From Vicugna vicugna (taxonomy: Eukaryota), in the NCBI GenBank assembly GCA_013265495.1, contig MU058824.1, forward strand, positions 2,569,111-2,633,110: a stretch of DNA of 64,000 bases. Reading direction: 5' to 3'. The first letter of the stretch is position 1; each line of letters starts with the position of its first letter. Shown in pieces: positions 1 through 31,682 of the stretch. The position numbers and the translations under genes were made by a program. The notes beneath the pieces are model-generated. The model searched no databases. It worked only from the letters and a program-made list of their open reading frames with translations, and was not told where the DNA came from.

Positions 1-876
1 TTGGTTTGTTTTGCTATTTTTCTGATCTCACAAAGAACATATATTCTTTGTAGAATGTTTAGAAAACACACATGAGTTCTCTGCGTGTTGTAACATGGGT
101 TCCTGTTTCCTATCCACTGTCCTAACCCAGTCCTTGAACTTTACCTACATTATTCCATCAAACCCTCCAAAGCGCCAAGGCCCAGACTTTTACCTCTTTC
201 CTAGGTAAGAAGACCAAGGTTCAGGGGGTTACTTATTTGCCTTAAAATATTCTTCTGAATCTAAGTACTGAAATCAATTGGCAGTGAAGTTTCATCTCTG
301 TGAACTGTCCTCACGGAATTAGTTGTACAAAAGCACAAGGTTCAAGGCAGATCACAGGGACTTGTTTTTAATATTGAGAAGCTGGAACCAATCTTAAAAA
401 GTTCATCAACTTGAGTACGGTTAAATCAGTATGAAGCATCCATATCAATGAATGCTACACGTTCATTTAAAAACGAAATATATCTGCAGTTATAGAACAA
501 TTAGCAACCTTTATTTTAAAAAGCATTATATATACATATATATGTATGTATCTCCACATACACAACATATACAAATGTCTATGTCCATTAAAAAGGAAGA
601 GTTGGGTAGGAATGAGGGGAATTATCTATATGTTTACATTGCTTGACTTTTTTTCTTTAACAAAGAGCATGTATGCTTTGAAATTTAAGAAAGTGGGAGA
701 GGACCCATGCTCTTGACCTTTAAACTACATGGCCTTGTAACCTCCCTCCATAGACTTTTCCAATCAAATTCCCCCTGAAAGCTTTTGGGTTGGCTGAGAG
801 CAGAGCTGCAAATGTTCTCCAAAGTTGGACACAACATTTTAATCTTGAGCTTGCTAGGCACACCCCTGGGCTCCTA

Positions 877-21981
<21,105 letters not shown>

Positions 21982-22205
21982 TCATTGTCCAGGAATCAGG
22001 TCTGGGGTTTGGTCTCTATTAGACCCAGATGGATATTGAGAAACCTCCCCACTCCTCTCCAAGGAGAAGTCCTCCCAAAGGACAAGGCTTCCCAGGCAGT
22101 CAGGTTGGGGAAGGACACACCCAGGCTAAGACCCCTCTACTCTGGAGGGAAGCATCAGGACCCCTCTCAGGCCTCAGGGTTTTTACATTAAAAGAAGGCA
22201 GGAGG

Positions 22206-22389
22206 TGAGGGGAAGGGTATAGCTCAGTGGTAGAGTGTGTGCTTAGCATGCATGAGGTCCTGGGTTGGATCACCTGTACCTCCATTAAAAACACAAATAA
22301 ACAAATAAACAAACTTGATTACCTCCTACCCCTCACCCCCCAAAAAAATTCTATGAGAAAAGTGACATCTTCTAAAAAAAAAAAAGAAA
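22206..22389 (+). mobile_element. tRNA-derived SINE (camelid Vic-1-like)
   Basis: GGGAAGGGTATAGCTCAGTGGTAGAG...GAGGTCCTGGGTT head and A-rich tail; TSD aaaagaaggc(a/g)ggag at 22190-22204 and 22390-22404. Confidence 0.85.
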
Positions 22390-22578
22390 AAAAGAAGGCG
22401 GGAGGGAGCAAAAAAGCAAAAAGGAAATCTCAGGCAAGAATTGAACTGGCACTCACTGTGGAGGCCCGCTCTCCCAGCTGGGCCAGGAGCAAATCTGAGA
22501 TTGATTTCAAGGGGGTGAAGAATAAGTTACTGTTTTTGTGCTTCACTCTTCAAGCTCTTCTAGAAAAAGTCAACTTAC

Positions 22579-22970
22579 CCAAGGTGTCAGCTGGGATTTC
22601 AGTTCGTCCTTGAACCCCCAAACTGGCGCTGAACACGGTTCAAGGACCCCCTCCGCCCCCAACAGTGGACACCTGGGTAGGGGGAAGTAGAAGGAAGGAG
22701 GGAGGGAGGGAGGGAGCGAGCGAGCAACCTGCTCTTGGTTACGCTAATTAGGCACCCACTGAATGCTGAGAAACCCAGCAGGCTTCTCTCACGCCAGCCC
22801 CCCAAGCCCACGAAGGAGCAAGGGTGGCGGCAGTCTCAGGACAAGCCCTCTAAGCCCTTCCAAGTGGTGGGAAGCCCTGCTCCCAAGGGCCCTGCCGCAC
22901 CCCTACCTGCAGAAAGCACCACTCAAGTCAGCCCGGGATCCTCCAGCCCCAACTGCGAAAGCACACACTT
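22579..22970 (-). other. CCDC180: Probable non-coding first exon of CCDC180 (5' boundary uncertain)
   Basis: Consensus donor TTGG|gtaagt at 22579/22578, just downstream of the GC-rich promoter. Confidence 0.5.
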
Positions 22971-23100
22971 GGTCCCCAGGGCAACGCAGAGGGGCGGGAG
23001 CTCCGCTGGCCCCGCCCTCACTTCCTTTCCGAGGAGGAGGCGGGGTTTCCCTTAGCAACGGGAGCCGCCCCTTCTCCTACGCCCCGCCCCCAGTGGAGTA
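22960..23100 (-). promoter_or_regulatory. CCDC180 promoter with GC boxes and two RFX X-box-like motifs
   Basis: GGGGCGGG/CCGCCC boxes at ~22991, ~23038 and ~23080; GTTTCCCTTAGCAAC at 23045-23059; GTCCCCAGGGCAAC at 22972-22985; locally CpG-rich. Confidence 0.7.
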
Positions 23101-26100
23101 GTGAAACTCCAGGCCAGTTTCCCCTTGGTGCAGGGGACACCCCAGGGCTGGTAGGAACATCCAGAGCAGCACAATGAATGTTTTGAAAACCAGTAGGAGA
23201 AAGGAGATGAAGCTCTGAGCCACTGTGGTCAAGAAAAACCATCCTATCTTCTCTGTCGTGTTAAAACCAGCCTCTGCAAAAAGTAGCATTGAGTAGTGCT
23301 TGGCTGTAAATATGAAGGAGAAAGCATCTCTAAAAGAGACCGTCTCTTTCTCAGATTAAAAGAAGTTGCAGGGCTCAGAATCCAGGTTCTGAGGCTTGAA
23401 TGGAATTATAATAAAAAGGCTAATTTGTATGATTCTTTGAGTTACATTCATCCAACCCACAGTGCCACATAATCCTACTAAAAATATAGCTCTGATCTAC
23501 CCGCTGTCCTGCTCAGAAGGCCCTCACCAGGTCTGCAGACCCTACCAAATCCAGCCCACGGGACTCTGGTCAGTGGTGGGGCTGGGTGAGGCAAAGGCAG
23601 CTGGCACAGGGCCTGTGGCTGGAAGGGGAGGGGCCTCTCCTCTGTGGGCCTCTGAGCGAGTCGCTGCCCCTCTTTGGGCCTCTGTCTCCTCGTCTGGAAA
23701 GAGTAAGGTAACGATCCTGTGGTACAGGCCTCACAGGGTGGGGATGAGTTTCCAGGGAGGGAAGGAATGTGCTGGTGGAGTGAGCAGTGATAGTTATATG
23801 ACACTGCATCCTAAGGAGACCTGTGAGGTAGATGAAGTTCTCCCTACACTTTCCAGATAAGGAACAGGCTCAGGGAGGCCAGGCTGCAGGCCCAAGCCGC
23901 ACACCAGTGGGTATGGGAGCTGGACTGTTCTAGAATCAGAGCACACTGGAGGACAGAGTAGCACTGGTACCAACAGACTCAGGTCAGATGTCTGGGGTCA
24001 GAGGTTAGGGGTTCTGGGGGGAAATAGGCTGAGGGGAGTATGACCTCACTGACCCTGTCCCTGAGCCTGGCAGGAGGGGGACCTGGAGATGATCCCCTAG
24101 AGCCCAGAAAAGGCAGCAGCAGCAGAAGGCAAGTGTGCCTGTGGCAGAGGGGCTCCAGGGTCAGAGAGGAGGGGGCTCACCCCTTTCAGCAGGAGGCCTC
24201 CAAACCAAGAGAGGAGGGACTTTTCTCCTCCAGCCCTGCCTCTTATTGCCACAGTGCCTCAAATCCTCTGTTAGAAGTGACCAGGAGCCTGGAAGGGCTT
24301 GATTTGGGGGTGGAAAAAAGCCACATACCCTGTAATTTGCCAAAAGCAGACCCAGGAAGGTGATTAGGAGGAGTCTGGTGTTCTCAGAAGGTGAGGAGAG
24401 TGGGAACTGAGGGCCACTAAGGGTCCTAGGCTCTCAGCACCTGGCAAACCTCCTGTCCTGAGAGCCTCAGCCCTCCTGTGAGCCGGGCACCATGTCCATT
24501 TTAGGAATGGGTGAACGAAGGCTCTGCATAAGATACCCATCCTGGTTTCCCAGCTAGTGAAGTCGCAGAGCCGCTTGACTGCAAAGCTTAGAAGGTTTTG
24601 GTCAGGAGCAAGTCAGCCACCCCCTCAGATGGTGCCCATAGAAGAGAAAGAGATGTCGGGTTCCTCCAAGACCCTTTTTGCCTGAGGCCTCTGTCTGCCC
24701 ATCTGTCATCAGAGACGATTGAGCTAAAAGGTCCCTGAGGCTCAACTCTCCTGTCCCTGGCAACTAGGGAGCCTAGAGCCTGGCCCAGGTCCAAGCCCTG
24801 TATTCTGTGTGTGCCCTGCCCTCTGGAGGACTCTGGTGGCAGTGCAACAAGAGGAGGGGTAAGGATGGAGGGCTAGTTACGGACTAGGGGGCTCTTTCTG
24901 AGGGACTTTGGCTGTCTGCCTCCTAGAGGAATCAGATCAACCTCCGGAAAAGGAATATTCCTCTAGAAAAGGAATAAGGTGAAGAGCTGGTACACTCACA
25001 GCAGGGAGGGGAGGTGAGTGGAAATCAGACACCCTCTGGGCCAGATACTCCCTGCTCTGTCCCCTGCATTTTGCATTTATTGGGAGAGTTTCATAAGAGA
25101 AGTGGGAGACCCGCTGAATTGGTGGGTGGGGGAAGGGGCCTGGCATCAAGGACAACTTCCTGGAGGAGGGGCTTTTTACACCCATCTCTGAGAACAGGTA
25201 GGACCTGGATGGAATTGGAGAGATGGAGGGATTCCATGTGTGCAAAGACCCAGGACCAGCCCCAGCCTCAATCCTCACCCTGCCAAGGCCAGTGTCTGTG
25301 TTCTGTCCTTCCCTCTGGCCCCAGGAACCCAAAATATTGAGAGAGCCCCTGCTGCTCCAGGCGGCTGCAAATCATTACAACTTCAATCTGGGGCCTGGTT
25401 CCAGGACGTGGAGCAGCTCTATGAGAATGAGGGGTGAGGCCAGGCAGGAGTGGGGTGAAGGCAGGTACAGACTCCACCCTCATGGCCAACTCTTCCGGGT
25501 GGTCGGCTCTGAGAGCCTGTGCACAGCTGTGGCTCCCTGGTCAGCCCCACACCTTGGTGCATGGTGACCTCTGGTGCACCTGGACTTGAGTCGCTGGGCA
25601 GGCACTGGGAGGGACACCTGAGGTGTGGTGCCTGGTAGGCTCTCAGGTGCCGCCCTACCCTGTAGCTACAGCCTATCCTGCCACTTGTCCTAGTCGGCCA
25701 GCAAAACATTCAAGGCCAAGGGGTAAGAGAGTGGCCAGGCTGGCAGTGGCTGAATCCTAGGGCTAAGTGTGGTCTTGGGGAGTCAGAGCTCAGCTCTACA
25801 ATTGCCCTGTCCTGTGCCTGGACGATTCACCTCAGCTTGTTGGGACTTAGTTTCCTTCTCTGTGAAATGGGTGATGCTAAAGGATGGCTCTAGCGGCAGG
25901 GACAACTAGGCTATTGTTTGATGGGCTGAGCACTCAGCACAGGCTGAGAGCACAGAGTGCAGTGGGGGCCCAGAGAGGAGGGTGGGACAGGCCCCCTGAG
26001 GTAACACCTCTCCTCTCTCCCACCACCAGGCCCCCAACACAGCACCCACTACCTGTGGAAGATTACACTCCTGAGACCAGCTCAAGTGCAACCCTTCCTC

Positions 26101-27102
26101 AGCAGTGGGGACACAGCTGGGGCACTTGGGGTGCACTGAGCCAGCTCCTTCAGCTCTGAGGTGAAGGAGAATATTGTGAGCCTTTTCCTGGGGTCCCTCG
26201 AGGCCAGGAGAAGAGGGGATGACCCCACCCCATCTCCCTGACAGTTCGTCCCCAGCACCCATTTACCTACTGGGGAGAGGTAATCTATTGTAAATAGTAA
26301 ATGCTAGATTTGAATCTTACTATACTAAAATCCTGTTTCTTTTACGGCCTTCAAGTTTTGGTTTGGTTCTTTCACTTCCGACGCTAATTTAAGTGAGATA
26401 GAGACTTCTCGCATTCAGTTTTTTGTATGTGGGAGAAGGGCAGGAGGGAGATGGGCCAGCCCCTCTCCCTGGGTGTAGAAGGAGACCCACCAGTACAATT
26501 CTTTTGGAGGCACAAATTCCCTAGAAAGCCCTCAGCCTTTCTGTCGGGGACACCACAGCCAATCCTCCCTGGCTGGGACCTGATGGATCACAGGTGAGCT
26601 CTGGTTTACCTGGTTTATCAGGATCAGGGTCATTTCCTGCTCAGTGAAAGACCCCCACAGTCCCCCTGCTGACCCAGGTGATTTTGGGGGCCATGTTAAC
26701 CTGCGGTCCACAGTCACAGACAATATCCAGTTTACACACTCAATCCTACTGCTGTCATCTACGCACCCTAAAGGGGTAGCTAACCTGTGCCCCTAGAGCT
26801 TTCTGGGATGGCTGTGTTCTTTTCCATAGTCGTGTGCTTTGCTTATGCCATGGAGAGTGTGAACCTTCCCTGCTGGAGCTTTGGATGATGAGATATGGGG
26901 GGCGGGGGTAGGGGTCCAGCAGGGGAATGCCACCAAACTGATGATCTGTGCATATCCATGGACCATCAGTGCCCTCTTTAACAAGGGAAAGAGAGTTGAG
27001 TGCCTTTGAATTTATTCAGTTAGAGAACCAATTCCAGAAACCCCAGAACAATTTGAGAAAACAGCCTTTAAGATTCTGTTGCCCTAGAACTATCTTTGGT
27101 TT

Positions 27103-27520
27103 TGTATGTCAGGGTTCTGCAAAAAAAAAAAGAACATATAAAACATGGACATATATGTGTGTATGCATTTATATGTATATGTGTATATATATGTATGTAC
27201 TGTGTATGTATATGTACACGCACAGAGAGAGACACATATAAAGAGACTTATTTCAAGAAATTATTCTTGTTGTGGGGCTGGCAAATTTGAAGCCTACAGA
27301 ATAGACCAGCAGACTAGAAACTCAAGAGGATTTTATCCTGCAATCTCAGGCGTGATTTCTTCTTCAGTAGGAAACTTCAATTTTTCCTCTTAGAGGTTTC
27401 AGCTGAGTGACTGAGACTCATCCACATTTTAAAGGGTATCATCCCCACAAGTCAACTGATTGTAGACGTATTTGATAATCAGGAACGATAACCTAGCCAA
27501 ATTGACAGGCAAGACCATCT
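27103..27520 (-). mobile_element. ERVL LTR (MLT2-like) with an internal (TATG/TA)n microsatellite
   Basis: 'gtcagggttct...ggggctggcaaatttga...aagtcaactgattgtag...cctagccaaattgaca'. Confidence 0.75.
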
Positions 27521-27522
27521 GA

Positions 27523-29520
27523 AGCTGTAAGAATTTTTTATATATTCTGAATATTAGTCTCATATCAGATATATGATTTGCAAATATTTTCTCCCATTCT
27601 AGGTTGTCTTTACATCTCCTGATACTGTCCTTTGATGCACAAAAGTTTATCAGATTTATGAAGTCTTGATAGATTAAGTCTTATGAACTTATCTATTGTT
27701 TCTTGCTTGTGCTTTGGCTGTTATACCTAAGAATTAGCAAATCCAAGATCATAATATTTATCCTTTTGTTTTAAGAATTTTATAGTTCTAGCTCTTAAAT
27801 TTAGATTTGCTCCATTGTGTTTATTTTTGTATATGGTATAAGGCAAGGATCCAAATTCATTCTTTTGCATGCAGATTTCCCGTTTTCCTAGCACCATTTG
27901 TTGAAAACACTGTTTTCCACATTCAGTGGTCTTGACCACTTGTTTAAATTCAACCATTTGTTTGAGAATCATGTGACCATAGATTATGGTTTCTTTCTGG
28001 ACTCTCAGCCTATTCCACTGGTTTATATGCCTATCTTATGCCAGAGATGCAGTCTGATTCCTGTTGCTTTGTATTAAAACTTAAAATCAGGATGTGTGTG
28101 CCTTCTAACTTTGTTCACCTTTTTCAACATTGTTTCGGCTATTTGCAATTCCATTTGAATTTTAGTATCAGCTTTTCCATTTCTGCAACAAACATTTGTT
28201 GGTATTTTACAAGGATTGCACTGGAAGTGTGGTTTACTTGAGGGAATATTGCCATTTTACCTTAAGTCTTCCAGTTCTAGTCTGCTCTCCTATCAGGGTT
28301 AGGCTGGCCTCATCAAATGTGAAAGAAGTGTCTCCTCCTCTTTTATTTTTGGGGGGAGTTTGAGAAGAATGAGTTTAAATCTTCTTTAAATGTTTTGTAG
28401 AATTCACTCATGAAGCCATCTGGTCTTGTCTTTGTTGTAGGTTGTGTGCATTTTTTAAAATAATTTTTAAGAATTCAATCTCTTGTTATAGGTCTATTCA
28501 GTTTCTATTTCTTCTTGAGTCAACTTGGCTAGTGTGTATGCTTGTAGGAACTTGTCCATCTCATGTAGGTTATCCAACTTGTTGGAGTAAAGCTATTCAC
28601 ACTATACTCTTATGATCATTTTCACTCTTGTAGAGTCGGTAGTAATATCCAACTTTCATTTCTGGTTTTAATATTGTGGTCTTTTCTCTTTTTTCTTAGT
28701 GATTCTAGATAAAAGTTTGTCAATTTTGTTGATCTTTTCACAGAACTCACTTTTGGTTTGATTGATTTTCTGTATTTTCCTGTTCTTTATCTTATCTCTG
28801 CTCTCATATTTATTATTACCCTCTTTTTGCTAGCTTTAGGTTTAGTTTACTCTTCCTTTTCTAGTCCTCAAGGTGTAAAGTTATTGTTTTGGGATCTTTC
28901 TTCTTTTTGATGTAGACATTTACAACCATAAATGTCCCTATGAGTACTGCTTTTCCTGCATGCCATAAGTTTTGGTATGTTGTAGTTTCATTTTCATTTG
29001 ATTCAAGGTATTTTCTAATATCCCTTGTTTTCAACTTTCACTCATTGGGTGTTTAATGGAGAATTGTTTAATTTTCCCATATTTGTGATTTTACCCCAAT
29101 TTTCCTTCTGTCACTGTTACCTAGTTTCATTCCATTGTGGTCAGAAATGATACTTTTTATGATTTAATTTTTTTAAAATGTATTAATACTTGTTTTGGGG
29201 CCTAACACATGGTCTATCCTTAAGAATGTTCCATATGCACCTGAGAAGAATACATATTCTGCTGTTGCTAGGTGGAGGGCTACGTCCAACTGGTTTATGG
29301 TGTTGTTCAAGTTCTCTATTTCTTTACTGATTTCCGTCTGGTTTTACTATCCATTATTGAAAGAGGACTACTGAAATTGCCACTATTATTACAGAACTGT
29401 CTATTTTTCCCTTCAACTCTGTCAGTTTTTGCTTCATGTTTTGGGAACTCTGCTGTTAGATATGTTTCTGTTTATAATCATTACATCTTCTTGACAGAAT
29501 ATAACTTTTATCATTATGTA
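27523..29520 (-). mobile_element. Old L1M LINE-1 ORF2 fragments
   Basis: T-rich + strand with L1 antisense motifs ('gatttgcaaatattttctcccattct', 'agcaccatttgttgaaaa', 'gaagccatctggtc'). Confidence 0.85.
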
Positions 29521-31036
29521 ATGTCCTCAAGGATGACAGAGACCTGATCCCTGCCCTTGAGGAGCTCACAAGGCAGTTCAGGGAAGAGACTGGGAGACAA
29601 TCATGGCAGGAGCTGAGAGGCCTGTGCTGCAGGCAGGACCTTATCTCCCTGGTGTCCTGTGTCCCTGGGGTGGTGACTGCACGTAGCAGGTACTTGGTCA
29701 GCATTGGCTGGGTACAAATGAGGAGCACTGGCTGGGAGGGCAGCACTAGCTCTCATTTAGGAAAACTGAGACTCATGCTCCTGACAGAGCTGGGACCGAA
29801 ACCCAGGGCTCCTGACCTTCTGTTTAGTGGTCACGCGATCATGATGCCAGGATTGATTCCAGTATTGAATTCATGGCTGAAAGATTTATTCATCAAGGCC
29901 TCATTCTTTTATTCATTCCAAGATCCTACTATGTTACTACAAGTACTTGGTAATGGTGAGTAAAACCTGAAAGGGCCTCTTTCTTCCTGGAGCTGAGAGC
30001 ATAGTGAGAGGCAGACATTAATCAGATCACCATGAAGTGTAACATTACAAATAACAATGACTGATATTTACTGAGAGTTTAGGACATGTCAGGCACTGGC
30101 TTAGGAGTGTTTCTGTGTATTAACTCATTTTATCCTCAAAATAATTTTTAGTGGTGCAGGTATTACCCCTCTCTTTATATGTAAGGAAAAGAAAGCACAG
30201 ACAGGTGAAGGAATTTAGCTGATGTCACACAGCTAGAAAGTGGTGGTGTGGGGATCCCAATACTCTGAGTCCCAGTTTTCTTAGTTTCAAAAAGTAGAAT
30301 GACAAAATTTGCGGAGATTAAGTTAAAAGAGGTACGTCTGGCAAACACATCGAGCAATAGGACTGGGTTTACAGGAGATACTTAATACTGATTACTGAAT
30401 TTCAGTGGCTCTGGGACTTGTGAGGTGGGCAGGGACTTCTCTTACCTGTTGGTGAGTCCTCCTGGCACCTGCACAGGCTTCGTGAGAGACAGGCCATCAG
30501 AGACCTTATGCTTGGGCGTAAATAATTTGCATTAAGTACTGGGCCCTCTGCACAAAGAGAGACCTTCTTGGATGGTCTAGCCAGCTTCCAGTGCCATGCA
30601 CTGCATACACCAGAGGGTTCACCTGCCTCGAACTGGGGCTTTCCTGCCGCCACACCTTTGCTCTTGTTTTCCCCCACCTTGAATGCCTGCCCATCCGGTC
30701 TCTGCCTCCTCAGCCAGGTAGCTTTCTCAGGAGATCACCCCTCCCACTCGGCAAGAGCATCTATACATCTCCCTTGTGACCAAGGCGCAGGTCAGTTCTG
30801 ATCTGTTCCCATCCCAGTGGCCATGGGAGAGAGAGCTCAGTGTGTCCCGCTCTGCTCTCCCACCGGACTGGAGGCTGGGATCATGGATTTCCTTGTCTCC
30901 CACCACCATACGGCCTGGAAAGGAGGAAATAATGAGGACCTTATTGGATTAAGGCCATACTTTCTCCCAGAGAAAAACTGTATCAAACAGTTCAGCTCTC
31001 CTGATATAAAAACCTGATAAAAAAAAAAAACACCCT

Positions 31037-31180
31037 GGGGGGAAGGGTACAGCTCAGGGGCAGAGTGCATGCCTAGCATGCATGAGGTCCTGGGTTCAAT
31101 CTCTAGTACCTCCATTAAAATAAATAAATAAACCTAATTACCTCTCCCCCCAAAACAAACAAAAAACAAAAGAAAAAAAA
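31037..31180 (+). mobile_element. tRNA-derived SINE (same family as 22206-22389)
   Basis: GGGGAAGGGTACAGCTCAGGGGCAGAGTGCATGCCTAGCATGCATGAGGTCCTGGGTTCAATC...AAACCTAATTACCTC followed by an A-rich tail. Confidence 0.85.
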
Positions 31181-31533
31181 TTTACCACTTTTTTCAGTAA
31201 CACAAAATTCTGCCCTGTGGTCAACTTAAGTGCGTCTCAACACAGAATGCCCCAAGGCTGCCTCCTCACCAGGGATAGTGGAAATTATTACCGGGCAAAG
31301 TTTGTTCAACAAAAATTCTCTTTAGTTCTTGATCTGCTTACCAAGGGAGTGAATAGATCTGAGGTTTCATGGTTCAGCCCAGGTGCCGTCCCATGAATGG
31401 CTTGGTCTGCGTGCCACCTGCGTGGACAGGGCTGTGCGTCCTGTCACACTGCAGGATGCAGCTGCAGGGGCGCCTGGGCCTTCTTGGCGGCACTCATCCT
31501 GCAATGGCCTTATCGTAATGCTGCAGGTCCATG

Positions 31534-31682
31534 TCAGATCTCCGAGCTCGTCAACAGAATCTGGGTAAACTCCTGGGAGCCACGATCCGGCTTTGATTTC
31601 CTGAGCATGACCAGTCTGGGGTTGTTGATCAGGGTCTGCAGCAGGAGCCACCTTGTCCTGGACCTAGCTGAGATGCGGGGAC
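31534..31682 (-). CDS. STRA6L: STRA6L last coding exon ([30 protein letters not shown]...TSSEI*)
   Basis: cctag|GT ... TGA at 31536-31534. Confidence 0.93.

Noticed and set aside
22206..22280. Possible tRNA gene (A/B-box-like)
   Set aside because: It continues into a SINE body, A-tail and TSD, and the B box is degenerate, so it is a SINE.
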